The notes beneath the pieces were generated by a model that was not told where the DNA came from, searched no databases, and saw only the letters and a program-made list of their open reading frames with translations. Positions 12,701-22,115 of a stretch of DNA of 64,000 nucleotides are shown here, in pieces. Within the stretch, counting starts at the first letter, position 1. The number at the start of each line of letters is the position of its first letter. The stretch lies in IMG/VR virus record IMGVR_UViG_3300020050_010026, positions 3,980-67,979 of that record; one strand, 5' to 3'. The stretch comes from a virus. The translations under genes and the position numbers were made by a program.

Positions 12701-14589
12701 CTAAAAAAGAAGAAGTTTCTGAAAAAATATCAAAACAATTTAGAACTTATATTTATTCAAAAGTATTTGACATACAAGATTCTGATAGAAAAAAAGTTAT
12801 AGATAACATGCCTAAATATTTACAAAAGTTTCAATTAGAAAATAAAGGTAAATATTTTATGATTGATAATTTAAATGTTGTTGGTACTGAAATAGGTTTA
12901 AATAATTCAGATAGATCATTAGAATTTCAAAGAATGTTTACTAATTCTTGGGAACAACTATTTGAAGATCATCCGCAATTTGCAGAATCATTAGTAAAAT
13001 ATAGTTATTTAACTTCAGGATTTAATTCTAATAGAACACAATTTTATTCTTATATTCCTTTTGAATATTTTATTAAATTAAATATAAACGGTAAACTTAA
13101 TGATATTTTTAATAAAGGTAATTTTGATGAATTTGAAAATAAGTTTTATTTAAATAATTTAAATGATACTTCTATTGTTAAAAATGTATTAGCTTCAAAT
13201 GTTTCAGTTACACCTAATAATGAAAATGGTTTAATATCTGAAAAGAATAAAGGTCAATTTATAACAGTTAACGATGAATATTACAGATTAATAGGTAAAA
13301 ATGAAGATGATTCATTTGTGTATATTAAAATTAACAATACACCTGTTACAAATGATTATAATGTAGAATTACAATTAAATTCATTTGATGACTCAATATT
13401 AAAAGTTGAAGAACCTTTAGAACAACAAGAAGAACAACCTATTACTTTAGAACCTGAAACTAAACAAGAAGTTAAATCTGAAATTATTGATAAAACATCA
13501 ATTCAAATGCAACCTCAAAATGTAGAAAAAATACTCAATGGTACAAAAACTACAACAATTAGAGAAAGCATTCCTAAAGGTGGTAATATTGCGGTAGGTG
13601 AAACTAAAATAGTTAATTTTGGTGGTAAAGATTTTTATGTAAAAAATAGAGGACATTTAACTATTCAAGAAGCTGGAGGACTAGAAAATATGCTAAAATC
13701 AGAAGGATTAAAATCTATTGATGATTTTATGTATAATCAATCTAAAAATTGGGCTAAAGGTAATGGTAAAATGTATGTTTTTGATATAAAAGAATCCAAA
13801 GAAGTTAAATCTGAAGTTAGTAATATGAACGAACTAACAAATCATTCGGGTGGTGCAAAAGGTGGTGATATGTTTTGGGATAATATTGGTAAAGAATTTG
13901 GTGTTACAAATCATAATCATTATACTACTAAATATTTTGAAGATTTAAAACAAAGTCAACAATTAGAATTATCTCAACAATATATAAAATCAGCAAAATG
14001 GTTAGGTAGAGGAGTTATTAATTCAGAAACATATGCTGGTAAATTAGTTAGAAGAGATATGATTCAAGCTAATAATAGTGATGCTATTTTTGGAATAACT
14101 GAATTAGTTAAACCTGGAATTAATGGTAGAAAAGGTTACAATAATAAAACAAATCATTCTATTCCTGAAGGAGGTACAGGTTATGCTGTAACAAGAGGTA
14201 TTTTAACTAATAAACCAACTTTTGTATTTAATCAATCTGATAATTATGGTAATGAAATTGGATGGTATAAATGGGATGTTAAATTAAATGATTTTATTAA
14301 AGTAGACACTCCAATATTGACTAAAAATTATGCAGGTATTGGTTCACAAGAAATTAATGAATTAGGTATTCAAGCAATTAAAGATGTTTATGAAAAAACT
14401 AAAAATTCATTATCTGAAATTAAAAATACTAATAAACCTCAACAATTATCTTTATTTGATCAACTTGAACAAGATAAACAACGTTGGGAAGAAGTTAAAG
14501 ATAAATGGATTGAATCTGGTAGAACTGAAGCTGATTTTAATTCTATGAGTAATGAAGAAAGAGAACATATAATTGAAAACTGTTTATAA
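6778..14589 (+). CDS. Giant protein (2603 aa); candidate virion-packaged RNA polymerase of crAss-like type
   Basis: Single 7.8-kb ORF. Contains a D1391-Y-D1393-I-D1395 (DYDID, nt 10948-10962) metal-binding-like DxDxD motif in the central region, as I recall for crAss-like virion RNAPs (phi14:2 gp66; double-psi beta-barrel, YonO-like), from memory not alignment. The position (about residue 1390 of about 2600) and the context between other giant cargo ORFs are consistent with that. Confidence 0.5.
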   Translation: MGCTKISKTNKGESNLFNTIYNGVANGNEQLATHYYNWFESKRFDELFGFNYINAYKKGIQNERLDENGEPKLLYDKETSKYYFLDKNNLKSYFPSSSKGLSKTWSGQQIKNVTSRLVSSYFKRYSNIDFNNIDFSTLTNLPNLDKFIKHEIDKKIAKLNEIVDNGTEDEADVALAKLGYLEDASKNLNELKELVVKKFKDIGADYSEDEDNDDFSEDVKETSREGVVGKASIERSSRSKVTANVKLRLSLLDDLENKDELWDDFTLLEFDKVYKKLQELLSNKIPLEGEFLYDNFVKIINENVKYFPYLKQLNQMLADNKDENFPYEFTQAFYKAKNTFVNEEYKKNEKGYTQETRDLSNRTDKKVIIKDKLIQGFTNKFIVKDSNGNLILFDHTKQVLIDSIKSLKEMFNRSATLSNKDKVDVKKIEDFKTFTLNTLKKLGLNISDKGFNHYIGYPIDIKLENLTEEERIKIFNNIYNLVAKLSNYAFKEVTTDVNKIFNSTNEFNKLIDSEVFVSDNDMSEDMVRIGGEKRYVFSNPSHLHMELERWKQDPSILLKEYYNDPYMEGSRLVTEWFELDTNQDKSFEELVEIGRKNLKNVKLGIFGEMTLGGVKNKFEKTTDLEFKDYFTNNINSVLNNQGFVRTITQADKSTEFVFKTLVNRIKGYLGYNTTLNEFEITDEVKKTYFNYYLSELKSALRADQVVNEAIKNNDDTKLTPHYHYQYEVKNDKGETIINQNRFDKSGNDFKSQYFDKLNQYTEQELRLLKADKLPKSKIKSKLEEEIVNIVYNKDGSLKIKDLSTFTLNDLELESKFGEYLQQMITSEARETLKEMKNLGIIEVKNGKYSNKLLDTNLVEENTSGTGEIGMSNAINKIAINYMINGISNSIEFTKLFTGNIAYYKNSVDFKKRVPATQLEGIPLILKKGEEAFNIATIEAVIQDSPFLEALKKDNDENGVDAHTIKMLSDINSTDAQAWCTPERWKFLIKRTGKWSKAHDEVYRKMQSDKNEKWSKEELKLAAQPLKGGYFYKINGKPTYLKYSLAVLSKAMIKGTDLERVFNKMVENKIDELITFDGVKVGSITPTKIHDENGKVLPDEQLTFNVQTLNNHGWKLQQDLPVKNFKNADVGSQLQKNISAGLKFLLKNSNYTFRGKKITGEELQNELVKTVGNLSDEGYKRLINKAGIDKDGKITNTRKFYKSLITELKSRGGSENLINALESETSLFGIPQATGKIFQIFASMINKAVIKIQTNGGSFIQMADFGLSLDAVTKGNSGIRLNPNVDGLKPPMIRTNEDGSRTVTPGSVFVPASFIAKYIPNWTEYSDYELFVSYNGGHPIIDHRIQENIIGYRIPNQGLPSNDALTIAGILPEAAGDTIVAYVGITSKTGSDYDIDKMYVMFPQYEKVIDKTTEEAVFEQIEKNFRGINNEETLSNYKNFLDKFEELDNEVLSGNFISDYKNIENKEEKTLFLRNVRKELIKQIVNNIDSKQVKNIFKELEFKTIGLKYSTKGFAGEQNKLIEIYKSVLTNPEVYSDIMKSIDNDFIKKEINDLKPDNSDAFMNAMNPREDVKLRYSLLGAKAGVGMEANAMTDIWRTGKLIITNLANFTWGNYDKTTKETELDKEYSEELSEEDLNYYVSEMIKEDAPKERVEEFKNSIKKIKIGETLGTILNAFVDIAKDPYISKGNWTTSTTNVGNLMIRMGVHPLYVINFLGNPIIEEYNQFQQNNEGLFDNNSGDIFNKFKEHIIEKSLGDINSKFILVYKTYFNTLNKDTFEKIKEEVLNLENGNNLTEQEFDLFIKESERLVDEVYKPQSLNLFDRTTEQYNRNKLNLKYFRNSIKNKDSVDLNFRITLLNEFRNIQSSSKFLKSIVDFGKLDVNGIGKDPNMIFQYEDLLTEILENAEKTVDENGKPIKGVIKGFESKLDNTILSKYYNNLLKVKTILEQNPSMFPMSIENVRGLIKTMVNDITKSYSKKEEVSEKISKQFRTYIYSKVFDIQDSDRKKVIDNMPKYLQKFQLENKGKYFMIDNLNVVGTEIGLNNSDRSLEFQRMFTNSWEQLFEDHPQFAESLVKYSYLTSGFNSNRTQFYSYIPFEYFIKLNINGKLNDIFNKGNFDEFENKFYLNNLNDTSIVKNVLASNVSVTPNNENGLISEKNKGQFITVNDEYYRLIGKNEDDSFVYIKINNTPVTNDYNVELQLNSFDDSILKVEEPLEQQEEQPITLEPETKQEVKSEIIDKTSIQMQPQNVEKILNGTKTTTIRESIPKGGNIAVGETKIVNFGGKDFYVKNRGHLTIQEAGGLENMLKSEGLKSIDDFMYNQSKNWAKGNGKMYVFDIKESKEVKSEVSNMNELTNHSGGAKGGDMFWDNIGKEFGVTNHNHYTTKYFEDLKQSQQLELSQQYIKSAKWLGRGVINSETYAGKLVRRDMIQANNSDAIFGITELVKPGINGRKGYNNKTNHSIPEGGTGYAVTRGILTNKPTFVFNQSDNYGNEIGWYKWDVKLNDFIKVDTPILTKNYAGIGSQEINELGIQAIKDVYEKTKNSLSEIKNTNKPQQLSLFDQLEQDKQRWEEVKDKWIESGRTEADFNSMSNEEREHIIENCL

Positions 14590-17500
14590 ATGAAAAATTG
14601 CGTAAATTTTAATAGTCCAGATGTAGCTAAAATAGCAGGAGAACTAAATGTTTCTCCTGTTGTTGCTGCTGCAAAAATAGGATTGTGGCAAAGTAAAAAT
14701 AATATAGAAGATAGATTTCCTACTGTTGATGAATTACAACAATCTAATAAGATTAATTATCAAAAGAATCAAACTAATTCTAACGAAGGTATAATTGCTT
14801 CTGAAAAAACTATTAGAGATTTGGCTGCTAAAATAGCAGATAGAATAGGTATGACTGTTAAATTTGAATCTGATAGAAGTAAAGAGTATAAGGGTAAAAT
14901 TGAAAATAATGTAGCTTATGTTAATTTAGCTTACGCTACTCTTGACACTCCTATACATGAAATATTAGGACATCCTATTATTAGAGCTATTAAAAATAAA
15001 ATAAGTTTTAAGGAAAAAGTTTACAACACTGACTTAGGGAAAGAAAGTATTTTAGTAGAACAACAATCTCAATTATACCAAAACCTACTCAAAGAACTTG
15101 AATATGGTAAAGGTAAAGAAGTATTAGATAGGATTAAGAGGGATTATGTAAATAAAGAACCTAAAACTATTTTAGATAATTGGAATCCAAAACAATACAC
15201 CTTAGAAGATCAACAGGAAGAAGCTATTGTTGAACTATTAGGTTTAATGACTGCTGAAAAACTTGATAATGTTAAAGATGGTAAGTTAATATCTTTACTT
15301 AAAAGATTGCTTAAAGAAATGAAACAATTTATTCGTTCTTTAATTAATCAAAAAGAAGTAGAAATTGATAAATTACCTGATAATATGACTATTAATGATT
15401 TATCAGATTTGTTAGCTTATTCTAATAGTAAATTAATATTACCTGGATATGAAGTAGAATATACTACTCCTGATAATATGAAGTTTAAAACTTATCAAGA
15501 AGCTAGTAATCATATTAGTGAATTAACTAAAAGTGTTGAAGATGTTGATTTAAGTAACACAAATATTAACTATAAAGATATAATTCATGAAATTCCTAAA
15601 GAAGTTAATAATTTTATCTATAAAGGAACATTTGGAGAATTTGGGGAAATAGATTTAGATTTAAAAGTTGAAAAAAGGGATGATGGTTGGTATTCAGAAA
15701 CACCTTATGACAGTGGTTTTATAAAAATAACAAATGCACAAGCTTTTCAATTTTATACTCAAGATCAAAGTAAAGGTGTTGCTAATATTAAAGAATTTAT
15801 GGAAAAAAACAAAGAGTATGAACAATCTAAAGAGATTATAGAAGAATGGAAAAAAGTAAATAACATTCAATATAATCCTGAAGAAATATATTCAAGAGGT
15901 CAAGAATTTAGTTCTGTGGTAGGTGCTTATTCGTCATTTGATGTAAATCTTATGATGCAAAATCTATTATCTCATATAGAAGATAATGAAAAAGCTGGTG
16001 GTAAATTTGCTATATCTGCTTATACTAAACCTGTTGATAAACAAATAGGTCATTTAGAAGGTGGTGGAGGTAAAATTAAGTTTAAACTATATCCTAAATC
16101 TAATGATATATTATGGGCTGCCAATACAGATGTTTATAGTGGTAGTGTTTGGGATGCTTCTGAAAAAGTTAATAAAGATAAGAAATCTGAGTTACTTGGA
16201 GTATCTTATACTAAATATCCTTCTTTACGTAGTATAAATACTGTTCAACCTAATTTAGCTGCTATTGTAGAAAATTTAGCATATCATCACAATGAACTAG
16301 GGATTACTTTAACTGGTAATAATTTTAGACTTGAATATGATGAAGATATTCCTTACACTACTAAAAAGATTATTGACGGAATTAATAAAATATTAGATCA
16401 AAAATATGGTAAATTAATTAAACCTGAAATTAATATTTTAAAAAATGTACCTGAAGAAGATGCTGAACTTTTTGATCATTTATTAAGATTAGAACAAGAT
16501 GATGAAAATTCTCATCCAGATGCTAATGCATTATTAAGTTCACAAGATAAAATAACATTACAAGAATTTAAAAAACTTTATATAATCCAACCAACACAAA
16601 CTAATGAAACTTTAAAAGAAAGTATTGATAGTATTAAAAATTCTAAAAATATTGATAAAAATAAAGATCAAACAATCATATATTTAAAAGAAAGGTTAGA
16701 AGATTTAAACAATGTTAAAATATTAAAATCTAATAAAAATAAAGACCCTTATAAAGATTATGATAGAGTTGTGTTTTTAGATGAAGTAATGTTGTATGAA
16801 CAAAATAAAGAATTTTTCTTTGTAGATTTAACAGAACAATATGCCGAACCAAATTCTATAACTAAAGAACAATTTGAAAAAGATCTTTTAAAATATGGAG
16901 ATGCTAAAAAAATTAAAATTGAAGATGATTATTATTTAAATGTTCCTGATAAAATATTCTCTTTCTATGAAAGATTTAATACCGAAAAAGAAGCAACAAT
17001 TTTTGTTAAAAATGAAAAAGATAATATTAATAAAAAACTAAAATCTTTAGAAAGTGATGAGGTAAAAGAGTACACTTCTCAAGCATTAATAAACACTAAA
17101 ATAGCAGCTTTAAAAGAAGTAGCTAAAAAACAACCTAGAAGTTTAATTAGAAGTGAGGTTAAACCTATTCAACAAGCAAGACAACCTTTATCTTATTTTA
17201 AAGATGAATTACCTTTTCAAAAAGTACCTTCTAAAGATTTATCTGAATTTGAATCTGATGAAAATGAATCTATTTTTAGTGAATCTGTTAAAGAACCTGT
17301 AAAAGTTAAAGAAGATAATTTTGAAGTAAATAAAAAATTATTGTTTGGTGATGAAAAAGATACAAATAAATCTTTTACAGCTAAAGAAGTATTACAAAAT
17401 ATAATAGATTTTGACTTAAATTTATCTGATGCTGGAACTAATTTAGTTTTTAAAGCAATAAACATTTTAAATTTAGCTAAAACTAGAGTTAAAATAATTA

Positions 17501-20500
17501 GTCAAGAACGATTTGACGAATTAACTAAAGATTCTAAAGGTGAAGGTACTGCTGTAATGGCTTATAATTATGATGCTGGTAATGTAATATATATTACTGA
17601 AAATTCTTTAAAAATGTTCAATAAAGAACAAATTTTAGAAGCTTTTATTCATGAAGTAGCTCATAATTTAAGTATTAAAGCTTTAGTTAATCCTGTAACA
17701 TTTGAAGAAAAAGAATTTCACGATTTAATATTTAAAGCTTTTGAACAATATAAATATTTAGGTAAAACTTTAAATGGTTCTGGTAGTTATGGTTTTACAA
17801 ATGAAAAAGAATTTGTAGCTGAATTATATTCAAATGTTGAGTTTAGAAAAGAAATTCAAGATTTAGAAAAAGGATTTTGGAAAAATTTTGTTGATGGTGT
17901 TAGGTTATTATTTGGTTTATCAAGAACATCTACTAATAATGAATTGATTAGTAGTATTTTATTAATTGAAAGTGTTGAAAAGTTTATTGAAAGTAATACA
18001 ACTGCTGATGAAAATGTATTTAAAAATGATTATTCAAATTCTTTTAATAGTGTTTTGTTTAAAAAAGTAAAAGATATTAAAGATGCAGATACTTACGAAT
18101 TAGAAACAATTGATAAAAAAGCTGAACATTTAGTTAATAAAGCCAAAAGTAAAGTTGCAGAATTAATTAATAGAACTAAGGCGTCTGATAAAGAAAAAGC
18201 TGGTGAATTTTTAGAAGAATTTAAAAAACTTGAAAAAGAATTAGAAACGTTATCTTCTTTAAATAAATGGAAAGCTATTACTGGTTATATGGTATCTTTT
18301 AAGTCAGCTATTGATAAATTAAACAATGGTTTAGAAAATAAATTCAAAGTTAAAGAAGTTACATTTAATGGTGTAAAATATACTAAAGTAAAAAATTTAG
18401 ATGGTTTTAAGAGTGAAAATGGAGAATATATAATTCCTGAAGACCAAAAAAGTAAAGTAGATAAAGATTTCTTTGAAGCAAATAATTTTATAGTTGATTC
18501 TAACTTATATAATGATATTGAAAATGAAGGAATTAAATCTTTTTCAAATAAAGATTATTTAAGTTTAGCAAATGATTATGATGATTATTTAGCTTCTTAT
18601 GATTTATTAGAAGAAGTTAAAAAGTTAATTGGAGATACGGTTAAAGACCATACATTAAATCGTGAAGATAAGTTAGAAATTAAACAGATTAAAGAAATAA
18701 TTAATGAAATTTCTAAACCTCATGACAAATTAATAGCTAGAATTAAAGATTTAAGAAAAGATTCTGCAATTAAATTATTTTCAGACCCTTCCAATAATAA
18801 AAAAGTTACAGCTAAATGGAGACGTAGATTATCCTTAGAATATAGTAAACTTAAACATCCAAAAGAATCTCGTGATGAATGGATTGGTTATCATTTAAAT
18901 AATACATATGCTGAAGAGTTTAAAAAAGATTTAGAAGATGCTGCTAGAAAAATAATTGAAAATCCTTATACTGATATTTCAAGCTATGTTAAAAATTGGA
19001 TGGATTTGTTAAATACAAATAGTCCTTTAATTAATATGATTGCAAATATTGTTGGTAAAATGAGAGATTCTATCTTAAAAGAAATAACAGTAATTAATTT
19101 TAAAATAGATGAAGTTTTTCAAGAATATTCTAAATTTAATAATTCACTTTCTATGTCTAAAAAACATGGAAATTTAGTTGAATTAAATGAATCTGAAGAT
19201 ACTTATTATTTAAAAGGTAAATATTCTATTAAATTTAAAGAAAATTATAATAAAATGTTAAATTCTTTATTAGAAAAGAATAAAGAACTGGAAAATTATG
19301 ATTATAAAAAAGACATAGAATATAAAAAATGGATTAAAGAAAATACGATTAAAAATGAATTAGGTCAAACAATACCTCATTCTAAATATTTAAACAAACC
19401 ATTAAATCCAGCTGAAGAAAAAGCTTTAGATTTTTTTAGAACACAAACTAAAAGTAATCATGAATTAAATTATAAAGGTAGGGGTGGTTTATATTCAACA
19501 TTCTTTGGTGCTGAATATTATAAACTACCATCTAAAACTAAAAGTGATGGTGAAAGAACTTTAGAAGGAGATATTAAAGGTCAGATTAAAGATAAATGGA
19601 CAGATTTAAAAGAAACTAAAGTTGATGACATTCATTATGGGGAAGCCTTTGATAGTAAAGGTGGTGAATTAAAAAGAGTTAAAATTAATTTTAGAGGTAA
19701 ATTAGAAAGTAAAAATCAATCATTAGATTTATTTACTGTTTACAGAGCTGAAGAAGCAAATGCTATTTCTTTTAAACATCGTTCAGCTAATGAAAATAAA
19801 CTAAAATTATTTTTAGATATTGCTAAAAATAAGGATTATAAAACAAAATCTTTATCAACTAGTAAATGGGCTTTGAATCTTTTTGCTAAGAAAGGAGTAC
19901 AAGGTCAAACTTTTTCAGGTGAACAAAGTAATGAATATGCTAAAATAAAAGGTATTTTAGAAACTGCTTTATATGATATTACTTCATATAGTGAAGTTAA
20001 ATTAGCAGGAAAGGATGTTAATAAAATTATTTCCAAGGTTAATGGAGCAGCTGCTTTTATTGGTATGACATTAAATATTGGTAGTGGTGCAGTAAACTTT
20101 TTAAATGGTCAAACAACGATGGCTATGTTAAGAATTGGTGGTAATTATATTAATAAATCAAATTTATCTAAAGCTGAATTAAATTATACAGCTAATTTAC
20201 CTAAAATAATGGCAGATATTGGTAATCCTGTTAAAAAATCATTTCACAATCAAATGTTAAATATGTTTGATATCATTGGTGGGATGAATATTAATAAACA
20301 AGATTTTTTAAATAACAGTACTGTAAAAGAAATGTTATCTTTACACAATGCTAATTTTATCAATGAAACTATTGAACACGGATTAAATTGTGTTTTAACT
20401 GAGGCTGTATTACGTTCAATACCAGTTATGAATAAAAATCATAAATATATCGATAAAGAAGGTAACGAGGTTAGTGAAGATAAAGCTGCTTCTATATTTG

Positions 20501-21354
20501 ATATGTTATATTTAGATAAGGATGGTATTTTAAAAACTAAAGAATATTTTACATATTCAAAATATAATTTAGTAGATGATTATCACACAACAGGTAAACA
20601 ATCTATAAATTATTTTTTAAAGAAAAATGTAGAAAATCTTTATGGTGTTTATGATAACAATATGAAAGCTGAAATAGCTAAAAATTGGTATGGTAAATTA
20701 TTAATGATGTTTAAAAGTTTCTTCTTATCTCAAATGGAATATAGATATAAAGGATTAAGAACTGCAAATAAAGCTAAAGATGAATTAGATGATGAAGATT
20801 TAACTTTTAATAATGCAGAGCAAGAATTTACTGAAGGTATTTATGTTACAGCGGTTAGAACTTTTTATCCTTTACTTAGACATTTAAATTTACAAATGAC
20901 TAAAGAGAATTTTAAAAATCTTTCTGATTATGAAAAAGCTAATTTAAGACAAGTATTTTTTGAAGTATCTTTAACTGCTATTTTATTACCTTTATTAGGA
21001 GCTATAATGGCAGCAAATGCTGGAGATGATGATGACGAATTATATTTCTTATTGTTTGCTTTTAGAAGATTGGAATCTGAAATGTCACAATTTAGAAATA
21101 TTGCTGAACTAAATAGAATGATTAGTAATCCTATTGCTGCAAATAGGTTTTTACAAAATGGTTTTACTGTTGTAAATGATATATTTACACCTATTAATTT
21201 CCAACCAGAAAAAAATGAAAGTTATTTTGATTGGTTAAGTGAAAATTCTAAAGGAGAAAATATAATGGGTAATCATGCTTTTAGATTTGCACCATGGAAA
21301 TCATTGTATATGAATACATATAAACAACGTTGGTCATTAATAGATAATAAATAA
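14590..21354 (+). CDS. Giant protein (2254 aa) with two zincin-like HExxH motifs and C-terminal transmembrane segments; candidate ejection/pore-forming protein with peptidase domain
   Basis: ATG directly abuts the TAA of the previous ORF. HEILGH (about nt 14956-14973) and HEVAHN (nt 17650-17667) zincin-type motifs. Hydrophobic helices near the C-terminus (…GAAAFIGMTLNIGSGAVNFL…, …VSLTAILLPLLGAIMAANAG…). Confidence 0.55.
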   Translation: MKNCVNFNSPDVAKIAGELNVSPVVAAAKIGLWQSKNNIEDRFPTVDELQQSNKINYQKNQTNSNEGIIASEKTIRDLAAKIADRIGMTVKFESDRSKEYKGKIENNVAYVNLAYATLDTPIHEILGHPIIRAIKNKISFKEKVYNTDLGKESILVEQQSQLYQNLLKELEYGKGKEVLDRIKRDYVNKEPKTILDNWNPKQYTLEDQQEEAIVELLGLMTAEKLDNVKDGKLISLLKRLLKEMKQFIRSLINQKEVEIDKLPDNMTINDLSDLLAYSNSKLILPGYEVEYTTPDNMKFKTYQEASNHISELTKSVEDVDLSNTNINYKDIIHEIPKEVNNFIYKGTFGEFGEIDLDLKVEKRDDGWYSETPYDSGFIKITNAQAFQFYTQDQSKGVANIKEFMEKNKEYEQSKEIIEEWKKVNNIQYNPEEIYSRGQEFSSVVGAYSSFDVNLMMQNLLSHIEDNEKAGGKFAISAYTKPVDKQIGHLEGGGGKIKFKLYPKSNDILWAANTDVYSGSVWDASEKVNKDKKSELLGVSYTKYPSLRSINTVQPNLAAIVENLAYHHNELGITLTGNNFRLEYDEDIPYTTKKIIDGINKILDQKYGKLIKPEINILKNVPEEDAELFDHLLRLEQDDENSHPDANALLSSQDKITLQEFKKLYIIQPTQTNETLKESIDSIKNSKNIDKNKDQTIIYLKERLEDLNNVKILKSNKNKDPYKDYDRVVFLDEVMLYEQNKEFFFVDLTEQYAEPNSITKEQFEKDLLKYGDAKKIKIEDDYYLNVPDKIFSFYERFNTEKEATIFVKNEKDNINKKLKSLESDEVKEYTSQALINTKIAALKEVAKKQPRSLIRSEVKPIQQARQPLSYFKDELPFQKVPSKDLSEFESDENESIFSESVKEPVKVKEDNFEVNKKLLFGDEKDTNKSFTAKEVLQNIIDFDLNLSDAGTNLVFKAINILNLAKTRVKIISQERFDELTKDSKGEGTAVMAYNYDAGNVIYITENSLKMFNKEQILEAFIHEVAHNLSIKALVNPVTFEEKEFHDLIFKAFEQYKYLGKTLNGSGSYGFTNEKEFVAELYSNVEFRKEIQDLEKGFWKNFVDGVRLLFGLSRTSTNNELISSILLIESVEKFIESNTTADENVFKNDYSNSFNSVLFKKVKDIKDADTYELETIDKKAEHLVNKAKSKVAELINRTKASDKEKAGEFLEEFKKLEKELETLSSLNKWKAITGYMVSFKSAIDKLNNGLENKFKVKEVTFNGVKYTKVKNLDGFKSENGEYIIPEDQKSKVDKDFFEANNFIVDSNLYNDIENEGIKSFSNKDYLSLANDYDDYLASYDLLEEVKKLIGDTVKDHTLNREDKLEIKQIKEIINEISKPHDKLIARIKDLRKDSAIKLFSDPSNNKKVTAKWRRRLSLEYSKLKHPKESRDEWIGYHLNNTYAEEFKKDLEDAARKIIENPYTDISSYVKNWMDLLNTNSPLINMIANIVGKMRDSILKEITVINFKIDEVFQEYSKFNNSLSMSKKHGNLVELNESEDTYYLKGKYSIKFKENYNKMLNSLLEKNKELENYDYKKDIEYKKWIKENTIKNELGQTIPHSKYLNKPLNPAEEKALDFFRTQTKSNHELNYKGRGGLYSTFFGAEYYKLPSKTKSDGERTLEGDIKGQIKDKWTDLKETKVDDIHYGEAFDSKGGELKRVKINFRGKLESKNQSLDLFTVYRAEEANAISFKHRSANENKLKLFLDIAKNKDYKTKSLSTSKWALNLFAKKGVQGQTFSGEQSNEYAKIKGILETALYDITSYSEVKLAGKDVNKIISKVNGAAAFIGMTLNIGSGAVNFLNGQTTMAMLRIGGNYINKSNLSKAELNYTANLPKIMADIGNPVKKSFHNQMLNMFDIIGGMNINKQDFLNNSTVKEMLSLHNANFINETIEHGLNCVLTEAVLRSIPVMNKNHKYIDKEGNEVSEDKAASIFDMLYLDKDGILKTKEYFTYSKYNLVDDYHTTGKQSINYFLKKNVENLYGVYDNNMKAEIAKNWYGKLLMMFKSFFLSQMEYRYKGLRTANKAKDELDDEDLTFNNAEQEFTEGIYVTAVRTFYPLLRHLNLQMTKENFKNLSDYEKANLRQVFFEVSLTAILLPLLGAIMAANAGDDDDELYFLLFAFRRLESEMSQFRNIAELNRMISNPIAANRFLQNGFTVVNDIFTPINFQPEKNESYFDWLSENSKGENIMGNHAFRFAPWKSLYMNTYKQRWSLIDNK

Positions 21355-21360
21355 AAAGTC

Positions 21361-21410
21361 AAAAAAAAAGCCGTAGCTACTATTTGTAGACTACGGCTTT
21401 TTTGTTTTTA
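21361..21410. terminator. Bidirectional rho-independent terminator between convergent gene blocks
   Basis: A9 run, then GC-rich hairpin gccgtag-ctac-tattt-gtag-a-ctacggc (21370-21397), then a T-rich run (tttttt g ttttt). Lies between the stop of the + ORF (21354) and the stop of the - ORF (21408). Confidence 0.8.
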
Positions 21411-22115
21411 TTCCATTTTCATTATTAATTCTTTATATTTCTCACACTTTTCTTCAAATTTAATTCTATCGTCAATAACTTTAAGTACATTATCAAATTT
21501 ACCTTCAGTTTCATTTTGAACTAAATTCCACATTTGTTGTGCAACTTCTCTAATTTCTAACTGAGCATGTTCACTATTTCTCAATTTAATGAAATTAGCA
21601 AAACTTCTCATATTAAAAGTTACATCAGCTTGAATTTGTGAATTATATGTTTTAAAAAATCTAGCACTTTCTTTAGCTCTTTTACGACCTAAAATAGGCG
21701 TTAACTGTTCTAGAGCTTTGTGATATAGCATATTACTTGTTTTAGTAAAATCAATAAGTATATCATCCCATTTAGTATATACATCTTCTCCAGTCTCTGT
21801 TACAACATTCCAATCTTCAGGAATATAATATTTATCTTCTTTTAATTCTTTATATCTAGCTGATTCACCATTAATATTAGACATTCTATGCTTTAATAAA
21901 TGAATATGACTAGCTATGTCAGTATCTACTAAAAAATGTACCGTAACCTTCTCAAAAGGTGTTTCGTGATGATTAGACCAAAGCATTTCTAATAAATTAG
22001 GAATTCTTTCTCTTTTAGCTTCTGTAATATCTCTTGAAGTACTTGTCCAAGCTGATTGTGCTATAACTTCATCACTTCCATAAAATCCTAATAATTCTAC
22101 TGTATTTTTATTCAT
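21408..22115 (-). CDS. thyX: Flavin-dependent thymidylate synthase ThyX
   Basis: ThyX signature KHRMSNINGESARY (RHR-x7-S-x-R motif), plus the N-terminal TPFEKVTVHFLV…HLLKHR segment typical of ThyX. Confidence 0.7.
   Translation of the reverse strand: MNKNTVELLGFYGSDEVIAQSAWTSTSRDITEAKRERIPNLLEMLWSNHHETPFEKVTVHFLVDTDIASHIHLLKHRMSNINGESARYKELKEDKYYIPEDWNVVTETGEDVYTKWDDILIDFTKTSNMLYHKALEQLTPILGRKRAKESARFFKTYNSQIQADVTFNMRSFANFIKLRNSEHAQLEIREVAQQMWNLVQNETEGKFDNVLKVIDDRIKFEEKCEKYKELIMKME

Noticed and set aside
161-21354. Possible stop-codon reassignment (TAG/TGA recoding, common in crAss-like phages)
   Set aside because: The three giant ORFs (6.6-7.8 kb each) and all replication genes are intact under the standard code, with no in-frame stop interruptions. 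Only the split helicase is interrupted, and that is explained by introns.
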